A DNA stretch of 64,000 bases from an uncultured Pseudomonadota bacterium (GTDB lineage: Bacteria; Myxococcota_A; Polyangia; Fen-1088), in the NCBI GenBank assembly GCA_963778795.1, contig CAVZVU010000006.1, positions 201,184-265,183 of the forward strand, in the 5' to 3' direction. Positions 48,336 through 59,483 of this stretch are shown piece after piece (position 1 is the first letter of the stretch; each line of letters begins with the position of its first letter). The translations under genes and the position numbers were made by a program. Under the pieces are notes generated by a model. It searched no databases. It saw only the letters and a list, made by a program, of their open reading frames with translations, and was not told where the DNA came from.

Positions 48336-49079
48336 ATGAGCCGAGATCAGTCGCCGCCGAATCCGCCAGGCGACCCGCGCGACCCGGACGGCACGCCGCG
48401 AGCTCGAGGCCGATCACATCCTCGGCGTGGCGGCGCACGAGATCAAGAACGCGCTCGGCCCGCTGACCATGACGCTGCAGCTTTGCGAGCGGCGCGCCGC
48501 GATGGGCGACGCGATCGCGATCGAGGATCTGCGCTTCGCGCGCGCGCAGGTGCGGCGCATCGCTCAGCTGGTGAATGATCTGCTCGACACCGCGCGCATC
48601 GACACCGGCCAGCTGCCGCTGCGCCTGGCGCCGGTCGATCTGTGCGCGCTGGTCCAGGAGACGGTCGACACCTTCCGACGCGTCCGCGCCCAGCGCGTGG
48701 TCTGCGACCTGCCGCCGCCGCCGCTGATGCACATCGCCGACGCCGGAGCGGCTGGGGTCGGTGCTCGCCAACTTCCTCGACAACGCCGCGAAGTACGCGC
48801 CCGAGCGATCGCCGATCGAGGTGCGGATGAGCCGGGCCGGCGATCGGGTGCGCATCGCGGTGACCGACCACGGCCCGGGCGTCCGGCCCGAGGACCGCGA
48901 GCGGATCTTCGAACGCTACTACCGCGCGGCCGAGCTTGCCGACACCGTGAGCGGGCTCGGGCTCGGGCTGTTCATCTGCCGCGCGATCGCCGAAGCGGCA
49001 CGGCGGCGTCGTCGGCGTCGACAGCCGCCTCGGACAGGGGGCGACGTTCTGGCTCGATCTCAGCCTCGGACAGACCTGA
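48336..49079 (+). CDS. small cytoplasmic sensor histidine kinase (HisKA + HATPase_c), three frame breaks
   Basis: ATG 48336 lies 2 nt after the thiolase stop. Motifs: H-box ILGVAAHEIKNAL, N-box LANFLDNAAKY, G1 DHGPGV, G2 GLGLGL. The tail HGGVVGVDSRLGQGATFWLDLSLGQT ends at TGA 49077-49079. The breaks are at ~48342, ~48745 and ~48997. There is no TM segment and no receiver gene nearby. Confidence 0.8.
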
Positions 49080-49132
49080 TCGGACGCTTGCCCGAACCGT
49101 CGGCGGCCGTTATTCTCGCTGTTCCAGCTCCC

Positions 49133-49187
49133 GATCGAGTATTTGTTCGAGTCCTGTTCGAGTTTCCATTTCAGTTTGCGTTCGAGT
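49133..49187 (+). promoter_or_regulatory. four phased copies of G(T/A)TCGAGT in an AT-richer spacer
   Basis: The copies are GATCGAGT at 49133 and GTTCGAGT at 49145, 49156 and 49180, giving spacings of 12, 11 and 24 nt. They lie directly upstream of the small ORF at 49208. Confidence 0.4.
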
Positions 49188-49207
49188 CTTTGGACGGAGA
49201 AGGCACT

Positions 49208-49537
49208 TTGGCCCGCGATCCCAAGATCACACCCATCACCCGCCACGAGCCTCGCACCTTCTACGCCACGCGTGTGACCCGCACCCAGGCCGGGGAGTCG
49301 TGGGATCTCTGGTCGGTGGAAGACGGCCGCCGCGTCGGCTTCCTGTCGGTCGTCGACGACGGCCACGTGGTCTACGCGCTGGCCACCGTCAAGCGCGGCA
49401 CCTCGCACGAGGAGGTCGCCGACCTGGTCGAGGGCTTCTTCACGCCGTCGTCGACCGACGCGCACAACCGCGAGATCATCATCTCCGACTACGACGAAGA
49501 GCCGGAGATGCTCGAGTCGGACATCCGGCAGGCTTAG
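49208..49537 (+). CDS. small hypothetical protein (~109 aa)
   Basis: TTG 49208 follows GGAGAAGG (TTG 49190 is an alternative). It has coding-type GC3, an acidic C-terminus DYDEEPEMLESDIRQA and no recognisable family. Confidence 0.5.
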   Translation: MARDPKITPITRHEPRTFYATRVTRTQAGESWDLWSVEDGRRVGFLSVVDDGHVVYALATVKRGTSHEEVADLVEGFFTPSSTDAHNREIIISDYDEEPEMLESDIRQA

Positions 49538-49617
49538 TGTCCTGTCACTGAGCGTCCGCGCGGCGCTGAAGCGCCGGACCAGGCGTGGCCGAAGAGCATG
49601 GGCCTTCGGCGACGAAA

Positions 49618-52600
49618 ATGCCCTATTCTGTGACGATGGTCGGCGCGACGACGACTGGGCCCTTTCGCGGCTTCGTGGCGTTCGACGAGGCGAGCGGCGG
49701 ACCACTTCTTCGGGCGCGAGGAGGAGACGGCGCGGCTGGCGCAGCTGGTGCTGGCCGAGGCGACGCGGACGGTCGTGCTGTCGGGCGAGTCGGGCGTGGG
49801 CAAGACGTCGCTGCTGCGCGCGGGGCTGATCCCGGCGCTGCAGGTCCCCGCGCTACAAAAGAAGGGCGGGCTGGCGATTTATCTCGGGGCGTACGACGAT
49901 CTCGACGCCGAGGTGCTGCGCGCGACCGCGCGCCTGGGCGTCGACCTGCCGTCGACTCAGGCTCAGGACGCCGCCGAGAAACCGGCGGAGCAGCTCGCGC
50001 GCCTCGCGCATCAATCGCGCGGCGGCACGGTGCTGGTGCTCGATCACCTGGAGCAGGTGCTGACCCCCGAGCGGACCGTCGGCCGCCGTCGTCGCGCTGA
50101 TCGCACGCGTCGTCGAGGCGGGCGGCGCGCGCGTGCGGCTGGTGCTGGCCGTCGACCGGGCGGCGGCGGCACGCATCCCGGCGCTGCGCGAAGCCGCCGG
50201 CGCCGGCGCGACCGCGGTCGGCGTGGATGACGCTCGAGCGGCTCACGCGGACGCAGGCAGCGGAGATCCTCGAGCGCACGGCGCTGCAGTCGGGGATCTT
50301 CTTCGAAGCCGGGCTGTCCGAGGCGGTCGCCACCGACCTTTGTCGCGCCGGCCCCTGCCTCCCGCTGGAGCTGCAGCTGCTGGCGCGCGCCATCGTCGAG
50401 CTGCGGCTGACGTCGCTGCGCAAGTACGAGCGCGCGGGCGGCGCGGCGATGCTGCCGGTGACCCTGCTTCAGCACCTGTGCGCGCAGGCCGGCGGGCGCA
50501 TCGCGCGGCGCGTGCTGGTCGAGATCGCGCACGCCGGCGAGGCTTCGCTCGAGGAGCTGTCGGCGCACGCCGGCATCGATCGCGAGATCCTCGGCGCGGC
50601 GCTCGGCAACCTCAAGGCGCGCGGTCTGCTGCGGTCGCGCGCCGACACCGCGACCACCGGCGAGCGCTGGGCGCTGGCGCACCCCGGCCTCGCACCCCAC
50701 GTCGCGGAGTGCGCGCTCGAGGATCGGGCGCAGGCGGCCGCCGCGCGCCGCAGCCTGCGCCGCCGGGTGACCTCGGGCCAGCGGCTCGGGCTGCTCGAGC
50801 TGTACGCGGTCAAGCGGCACCTGGCCACCGGCGCTGTCGCCCGACGAGCAGTCGGTGGTGACGCGCAGCCTGCGCCGGTCGATCCTGCAGATCGGCGCCG
50901 TCGCCGCGCTGGCGCTCGGCCTGTTCTTGTTCCTGTTCATGAATCTGCGGCGGTCGTACACGCTCGGCCTCGAGCCGGCGGGCGGCGGCGCCGCGGCGCG
51001 CGTGGTCGTGCGCCTGGGGCGCGGCAACCCGTCGCTGTTCAACCTGTTGCCGACCCGCCCGCGGCTGGGCGCGGTCATCGCCGACACCGGGTTCTCGTCG
51101 GCCAGCCTGGTGTCGGAGACGGCCGCGCGGATCGCCGCCGGCAAGGCGATCGGGACGCTGGATCGGGGCGAGGGGCCTCGGCGCGCGGCGGCCCCATCAC
51201 CCGGTGGCAACGCGAACGGCAACGCCGACCGCCCGGCCCGCGCGCCGTCCCCGCCTGGCTGCGCGAGGTGCTTGAACGGCCTGCGCCCGGTCCCGCGCGG
51301 CGTCGCCAAGTCGCTGCTGGGCGATCCCGACGGCGTCACCTCGCTCAAGCACGCGTTCAGCGATCCGCTGGCGCGCCGCGAGACGCTGGAGGCGCTGGCG
51401 GTGATCGGGCGCGGCCGCGCGGGCGAGGACGAGATCCTGGCGGCGGCGCTGGCCGACAGCGCGCCCGAGATTCGCCGGCGCGGCGTCGAGGTCGCGGCGG
51501 CGATCGATCGCCGGCAGACCGGCGGGCCGCACGGCGCCACGCTGCGCATCGCGCTGGCCGACAAGTCGCTCGACGTGCGGGCGGCGGTGCTGAACGAGAC
51601 GGCGACGCTGCCGCTGGCCGAGGCGGCCGGCATCCTCACGGTGGCGCTGCGCGATCCCGATCCGGTGTTTCGGCGCACCGCCGAGGCGGCGACCGAGAGC
51701 CTGGCCGAGCGCGCGCCCGCCGTCGCCGCCGAGGCGGTGCAGCAGGTGGTGCAGAGCTCCGACGGTGGCGTGCGCCGCTCCGGGCTGGCGCTGCTGGAAC
51801 GGATCGCCACCCGCGCGCCCCGGCCGAGTGCGCCGGCGCGCTGGCGCGCGTGGTGTCGAACGAGCAGGCGCCCGAGGAGGCGCGCGTCGCCGCGCTGCTG
51901 GTGCTGCGCAAGGCGGGCACGCCGGCGACGGCGCTGCGGCCGATCCTGGAGAAGGCGGTGCGCCCCGAGGCGTCGCCGCGGCTGCGCGCGGCGGCGCTGC
52001 CGCTGTACGTGCGCCTGATCGACCCGGCGCTGGCCGAGGAGATCGCCCGCTCCGAGATGAAGGGCCCGCCGGCGGCGCGCGCCGCGGGCGCCGCGGTCTG
52101 GGGCACGGTGGCGATCAGCCGGCCCGAGGTCGCCACCGCGCCGCTGAAGAGCTTTCTTTACGATCCGTCGCCCGAGGTGCGGATCGAGGCGGCGCGATCG
52201 TTCGCCTACCTCAAGCGCGACGGGATCGCGCTGGCCGGCAAGGCGATCGCCGATCCGAACGCCGAGGTCGAGCGCGCGGCGATCGAATCGGCGCTGGCGC
52301 TGGCGCCGGTCAGCCCCTATCAGGTCGCCGACATGCTGGGCCACGCCGTCAAGACGGTGCGCCCCGCCGTGCGGCGCGCGCTGATCGAGGCGCTGGGCCG
52401 CATGGGCGAGACCCGCCCGGCCGCGGTGCTGCCGCCGCTGGCGCGCACGCTCAAGGATCCCGACCCGGGCGCGCGCGCCGCCGCCGCGGCCGCGTTCTGC
52501 GGGATCAGCAAGAAGAACGCCGCCGCCGCGTCGCCCTACCTGCGCATCGCCGCGCGCGACGACCACCACGAGGTGCGGGCCGCCGCGGCCTCGTGCCTGG

Positions 52601-53708
52601 GCAACCTGGGCGAGGGCGATCCCAAGGGCGCCGCCAAGATCGCCGTCGAGCTGGCCGGGCGCCGTCGAGGCGACCGTTCGCACCGCCGCCGCCGAATCGT
52701 TGGGGCGGCTCGGCGCCAACGCGCGCGAGATCGCGCTGCCGGCGCTGATGAAGCTGGTGGCCGATCCCGATCGCGGCGTCCGCATCGCCGCCGAGCGGGC
52801 GTTCACCGGCGCGGTCGCCAACGCCGTCGCCGGGCGCGCCGGGACGGCCGGGTTCGCCGAATCGCGGCGCGGCGTCGAAGCCGAGCGCGCGCTCAACGCC
52901 GCGCTCATGCAGGGCGACGCCGCCGAGCGGCGGGTGATCGTCGCGGTCGCGGCCGAAATCGGCCTGGCGCCGGTGCTGCGGCAGGCGACCGCCGACGGTG
53001 ACGAGACGGTGCGTCTCGACGCCGTGCGCGCGGCCGGCGCGCTGAAGCCGCCGGCGCTCGACATCGTGCGCGGCGCCGTCGACGATCGCTCGAACGCCGT
53101 GCGCGCCGAGGCGACGCGAATCCTGTCGAGCGTGTCGGGCGCCGGCGCGCAAGGAGGTGCTGCCGATCTTCGAGTCGATGCTGCGCGGCGGGGACAAGAG
53201 CGCGCGCGAGGCGGCGGTCATCGGCGTCGGCAACCTGCCGGGCGCAGGCGAGGCGGGCGCGCGCCTGCTCGGCGAGGCGCTCGCCCAGCGCAGCGAGGCG
53301 CTGCGCACGGCGGCGGCGCGCGCGCTCGGCCACCTGGCCGAACGGGAGCCCGACGTCGCGTTGTCGTATCTGGAGCGCGCCGTGCGCGATTCGTCCTACG
53401 ACGTGCGCAGCGCCGCGATCCCGGGGCTGGCGCTCGCGTGGTCGCGCCGCCGGCCCGCCGCCGACCTCGCCGACGCGCTCGCGACCGCCGAGGCCGACAG
53501 CCCGCGCCGCTTCGTCGCGCTCGAGGCGCTGGTGATGACGGCGCAGCAGGGGAGCGCCGCCGAGAAGACGACCGCCAAGGAGGCGCTCGATCAGATCGCG
53601 GTCGCCGGCCCGCCGCTGGCGCGGCTGGCGGCGCAGATCGGCCGCAGCTTCATCGCTGAAAAGCCGTCGACGATGCACACCTTCATCGAACGCCTGCTGG
53701 GCAGCTGA
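49618..53708 (+). CDS. giant STAND-type P-loop NTPase - transmembrane segment - HEAT-repeat protein, ~1360 aa (at least seven frame breaks)
   Basis: The N-terminus reads PFRGFVAFDEAS.DHFFGREEETARLAQLVL..VVLSGESGVGKTSLLRAGLIP. The TM helix is ILQIGAVAALALGLFLFLFMNL. The C-terminal half has repeated HEAT-like units (DPDPVFRRTAEAA, DPSPEVRIEAARSF, DPNAEVERAAIESL, DPDPGARAAAAAAF, DDHHEVRAAAASCL, DPDRGVRIAAERAF, DGDETVRLDAVRAA, DRSNAVRAEATRIL, SSYDVRSAAIPGL). The breaks are at ~49699, ~50071, ~50226, ~50833, ~51823, ~52660 and ~53148. Confidence 0.75.
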
Positions 53709-53724
53709 TCGGCCTCTTGACTGA

Positions 53725-55306
53725 TCAGCGCGGCGACCAGGAGCAGAGGTGGTTGTCGCCGGCGACGACGATGCGTCCCTTGACCGCGATCGGCGCCGTC
53801 CATTTGTGCACGCCGGCGCAGGCGGCGGCCGAGGAGCCGGCGAAGATGGTCGCGCCGGTGTCACCGTCGACGCCCATCAGCTGCGGCCCGTTCATGTACC
53901 AGACGATCGCGTTCGCGGTACCGTCGGTGGTGGTCGCCATCGGCGACGCCGGAAAGCTGAGCGCGGCGTTGACGACCGGCACGCACCAGACGACGCGCGG
54001 CACGGGCGGCGTACCGGCGGGGATCAGCACCGACATCACCGCCTTGCCGTTCGCGCCCGTGCCGGTGCACTGCGCGCCGGTGTTCACGGTCAGCACCACG
54101 TGCATCCCCTGCGCGGTCGCGTACGCAGCCGGCGTGGTGTGAATGATCATCGCGCCGCCGGTCGCCAGCACCAGGTCGGCCCGCTGCGACCCCATCCCAC
54201 CGAAGTGCTGGCTGTCGATCAGGTAGAGGTGCCCGTCCTTCGACACCGCCGCCACCATCGGTGACGGCTGTGCCAGGTAGACCGGGCTGCTGGCGCCGAA
54301 GTCGGCGTCGACGCGATCCATCCCCATCCAGCTCGCCGGGTAGAAGACGCTGTCGGTGGTGCTGCGATCGACGGCGCCGAGCCCGGTGATGCGCACGACC
54401 TCTTCGCTGTCGGCGTGGTTCGCCGTCCCGGTGAGGTTGTTGCCGGTGACCGCGATGACGCCGTTTCCGTCGGAAGCCATGCCACCCGCCGCCCAGATCC
54501 CTTCGCCGCGCGTGCCGCCGGTGACGAAGGCGCCCCGTCTCGTCGGGTCGGCGACGTCGACGGCGACGACCCAGCCACGATAGTTGCCGCAGTCGCCGTT
54601 GTGCCCGCCGTAGGCGACGTAAAGGATGCCGCCCACCAGCGACAGGGCGCTGCGCTGGTTCTGGGGGGGTGCCGCGAAGGTCGCGGTGCCTGAGGTGATG
54701 CCGTTGACGTCGACCGGCCAGCCCGCGCGTTCGCTGCCGTCCTCGGGCGACAGCGCGTGGATCTGGTGCGTGGTGATGGTGGTGGTGTTGCCGATCGCGC
54801 CCGCGACGTAGATCGTGCGGGTCTGGGGATCGATCACCGGCGTGCTGATGATGCCGATCGGAAAGATGTCGCCGCAGCCGGCGCCCGAGCGCCCGGGCGG
54901 CGTTCCGATGTTGCGGGTCCAGACGATGCTGCCGGTGGTCTCGTCGAGCGCGAACACGTCGTTGCCGTTGGTGACGACGATGAACACCCCTTTGCCGCCG
55001 GGTCCGTTCTCGAGATACAGCGGCGACGCCCAGGTGCTGCCGGTGTAGTTGCCGGCGAAGGTCGTGTCGAGCGCCAGCGTCGCTGCCGCCGTCTTGGTCA
55101 GCGCCGGCTGCACAAAGTGACCGTCGCGCGAGGGGTGGTTGTTGCGCTGGTAGACCGAGTTGACGGCGGCGGTCACCCCGCCCGCACCCGCCTGCGCATC
55201 GCCGACCTCGCCCCCTTGTCCGCCGCGGTTGTTCTTGTTGGAACAGCCGACAGCCGCGAGACCGACAACAACCGGCAAACATCCCGAGGACCAGGCGCTG
55301 ATACAT
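53725..55306 (-). CDS. PQQ-like beta-propeller repeat lipoprotein
   Basis: It has lipobox LAAVGC. Repeat strands: VFALDETTGSIVW, IYVAGAIG, LYVAYGG, LYLIDSQ, GDTGATIF. ATG 55306 (MYQRLVLGM) is 1 nt out of frame with the body (TTT run at ~55280). TTG 55278 is the in-frame alternative. Confidence 0.75.
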
Positions 55307-55337
55307 GAGAGCGGCCTTTCTTTGGGGGACCGTCGAC

Positions 55338-55431
55338 GGTTAAACGCCAGGACGCCAGGACGCCAGGCTCCGGACCCTTGAAAATCCGGACGCTGGCGTC
55401 ATGGCGTTTGTCCTTGTCCGACTAGCATTGG
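55338..55431. repeat. palindromic intergenic repeat element, copy 2
   Basis: The sequence reads GGTTAAACGCCAGGACGCCAGGACGCCAGG..TCCGGACCCTTGAAAATCCGGA..TGGCGTCATGGCGTTT..CCGACTAGCATTGG. It ends 1 nt before the miaB stop codon (55433-55435). Confidence 0.85.
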
Positions 55432-55432
55432 T

Positions 55433-56878
<1,446 letters not shown>

Positions 56879-56900
56879 CGGCCAGGCTTATAGCGCGGAA

Positions 56901-57812
56901 TCAGAACTCGAGTCCGCGCGGCGTGAGCGCGATCGGCAGGCGCCGGCGCGGCGGGGGCGCGCGCGTGAAGGTCGCGCCGGTGCTGCTGTTGACCGAGGTG
57001 CGGGTGGTCACCGCGAGGTAGAGCCCGAAGAGCGCGGCGGGAATCCCGATGATGACCATGGTCTTTCCGATGCTGACCGCGCGGCTGTTGTCGCGCGTGT
57101 CGGTGCTCGATCCGAAGCTGTTGGCAGAGGCGTTCTGCACCGCGCCGAACTCCCACACCACCGCGCCGATGTACAGCGTCGCGATCCCGAGGCCCATCAA
57201 GACCACGCCGCCGGCGAGCCGCGACGTCGGGCCGGCCTGCACGTCGAGCCGCACCGAGGGTCGATCGTCGGGCAACATGAACTGCGAGGTCGAGCGGATA
57301 CCATCCCCCTCGATGACGTAGAGCGTGTTGGTTTCCAGCATCTTCTGGCAGGGGGCGAAGCAGGCTGGCACGCGCGCACCGCCGACGACACGATCGATCC
57401 GCGTGCGCGGATCATCGCTTGTGAGCTCGACGTAGACCAGACGCCCGCCGCCACCGTACGGCGGGCCCCACCCGGGAGGCGGCGCGCCCGGATAGGGATA
57501 CCCACCGCCGGGAGGCGGCGCCCCCGGATAGGGATACCCGCCCCCAGGAGGCGGCGGGTAGGGGGCGACCCAGGGGGCGGTCGGCGGGCCCGACGGCGGG
57601 GCCGCTTGATTGGGCTGATAAGGCGCCGGCGCGGCGGCCGCCGGTGGTGCCGGCGCGCCGGCGACCGGCACGGGCTGGGCACCGGCGCGCAGTGGCCAGG
57701 CTAAAGCCGCCAGCAGCAACGCCGACAAGAGGAGTGGCGACGTTCGACGCGCGCGCCGCCCCCCGATGGACACCCCCCCGACCAGAACGGAAGAACGACC
57801 GCGACCCGACAT
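56901..57812 (-). CDS. hypothetical Pro-rich membrane protein
   Basis: The signal reads ..LLLSALLLAALAWPLRAGA. The Pro-rich region has a duplicated GGGYPYPGAPPP. The C-terminal part has hydrophobic helices (GGVVLMGLGIATLYIGAVVW, MVIIGIPAALFGLYLAV). Confidence 0.65.
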   Translation of the reverse strand: MSGRGRSSVLVGGVSIGGRRARRTSPLLLSALLLAALAWPLRAGAQPVPVAGAPAPPAAAAPAPYQPNQAAPPSGPPTAPWVAPYPPPPGGGYPYPGAPPPGGGYPYPGAPPPGWGPPYGGGGRLVYVELTSDDPRTRIDRVVGGARVPACFAPCQKMLETNTLYVIEGDGIRSTSQFMLPDDRPSVRLDVQAGPTSRLAGGVVLMGLGIATLYIGAVVWEFGAVQNASANSFGSSTDTRDNSRAVSIGKTMVIIGIPAALFGLYLAVTTRTSVNSSTGATFTRAPPPRRRLPIALTPRGLEF

Positions 57813-57876
57813 GCCGCCAGCATACCGCGAGAGCGGCGCGCAGAGATCGCCCGGCGACCCATGTTATAGATTCGCC

Positions 57877-58710
57877 GTGTCGTCGCAGCCGACCAGACGG
57901 GCACCGCGAATCGGGGCCGGCACCGGGGCCTCTTTGGCAGCGACCTTGATGCTGGCCGTCACGCTCTGGTCGGCCCGCGCCCAGGCCGCCGCCCCCTGGA
58001 TCTACCGCGGCCTCACGCTGCCCCGCGGCGGGGTCGCGCTGGGGCTGGGTATGGGCCTGGGGCACGAACCGATCGACCCCAATCGCTCGACCACCGGGTT
58101 CGGCATGAACCTGGAGGTCGCGTTCGGCGTCACGCATGAGCTGGAGCTGGGACTGCGCACCGGACCCCGTTTCGGCAGCGACGGCGAATTCACCCGCGCC
58201 GACCGCTACGGCCGTCCGTTCGACACCGAGACCTACGGCACCGGCAACGACTCGTTCGCCAATCCCGAGTTGCGCATGACCTGGGCGGTGGCGCAGGGCT
58301 CGATCGTGCAGCTCGGGCTCGAGGGGCGGGTCTATCTACCGATCGAGCACGACACCCGCGTCGGCGTCATGTTCGCGCTGCCGTTGCGCCTGCGCCTGAG
58401 CATGGTGCGTATCGACACCGGCGTCTACGTTCCGCTGCTGTTCTACGACCCGACCCGATCGACCATCAGTTTCCCCATGCATCTGTGGATCCAGGCGAGC
58501 CGCACGCTGTGGCTGGGACCGCTGCTGGGCGTGCAGATCGTCAACGACGGGCACACCAGCCACACCGACTATCCGCTCGGCTTCGGCCTCGGCACCGCGC
58601 TGGCGAACGCCATCGACCTGCGCACCTGGTTCCTGTTCCCCGACATCAGCGGCAACGCCGCCGCCCGAAGATTCGGCGCCGGTGTGGCGCTGCAGATTCG
58701 CTTCGAATAG
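57877..58710 (+). CDS. hypothetical outer-membrane beta-barrel-like protein
   Basis: GTG 57877 gives the signal ATLMLAVTLWSARAQAA. It has an alternating beta-strand pattern and the terminal sequence ..GVALQIRFE. Confidence 0.6.
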   Translation: MSSQPTRRAPRIGAGTGASLAATLMLAVTLWSARAQAAAPWIYRGLTLPRGGVALGLGMGLGHEPIDPNRSTTGFGMNLEVAFGVTHELELGLRTGPRFGSDGEFTRADRYGRPFDTETYGTGNDSFANPELRMTWAVAQGSIVQLGLEGRVYLPIEHDTRVGVMFALPLRLRLSMVRIDTGVYVPLLFYDPTRSTISFPMHLWIQASRTLWLGPLLGVQIVNDGHTSHTDYPLGFGLGTALANAIDLRTWFLFPDISGNAAARRFGAGVALQIRFE

Positions 58711-58727
58711 CCTGACAGAGCGACACC

Positions 58728-59483
58728 ATGCGCTCTCAATCGATGGTCCTCGCCTGGCTCATCACGCTGGCGCTGGCGCCGGCGGCGATCGCGCACGCGG
58801 CTGCCGATGCGCCCGCCGGTTCCGGATTCACACCGGCGCCGCCGGCGCCGCCACCGACGCCGCCCCCGATCTTCGCGCCCGCGCCCCCAGCGGTGGCGAC
58901 GCCAGCCGGAGCCGACCCCAATCCGCTGGCCGTCCCTCCGTCGCCCGAGGCCCCACCGCCCCGCCCCGCCGCGCCACCCACGCCCCCCGACCTGCCGCCG
59001 ACTTCGTCGTTGGCGCCCCCACCGCTCGCGCCGCCGCCACCCCCGCACCGGCGGCAGTACGGCGACACCGGCTCGACCGAGCTGAGCCTCGCGCTCGGCT
59101 ACACCCAGCAGACCGGCTTCTTCGGCGGCGGCGGCTTTCGCCGCTTCGTGATCGACGGCGTCGGACCCGGGATCGAGGCTTCGATCTCGAAGGCCTCGGG
59201 CCAGCCGACGACCAGCCTGGTGCTGGCGTCGCTGAAGGTCGTCCCCTTCCGTGGCGAGGTGGCCGCGCTGATCCTCACCGGCCGCGCCGGCCGGGTCTTC
59301 ATGTCCGACCACGACGACGGCTGGGGCGTCGGCGGCACCGCCGGCGCGATCTTCTTCCTCTCCCCGGGCATCGGCCTCGAGATCGGCTACGCCATCCTCT
59401 GGTTCCTCCCCTCCCATTTCTGCGCCGACCTGGTCAGCTGCCGCGTCGAGGGCCCCGAGCTCGGCCTCCGCGTCTCATTTTAG
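58728..59483 (+). CDS. hypothetical secreted protein: Pro-rich spacer plus beta-rich C-terminal domain
   Basis: The signal is MRSQSMVLAWLITLALAPAAIAHA, followed by a ~90-aa Pro-rich spacer. The C-terminus ends ..LGLRVSF. Confidence 0.65.
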   Translation: MRSQSMVLAWLITLALAPAAIAHAAADAPAGSGFTPAPPAPPPTPPPIFAPAPPAVATPAGADPNPLAVPPSPEAPPPRPAAPPTPPDLPPTSSLAPPPLAPPPPPHRRQYGDTGSTELSLALGYTQQTGFFGGGGFRRFVIDGVGPGIEASISKASGQPTTSLVLASLKVVPFRGEVAALILTGRAGRVFMSDHDDGWGVGGTAGAIFFLSPGIGLEIGYAILWFLPSHFCADLVSCRVEGPELGLRVSF

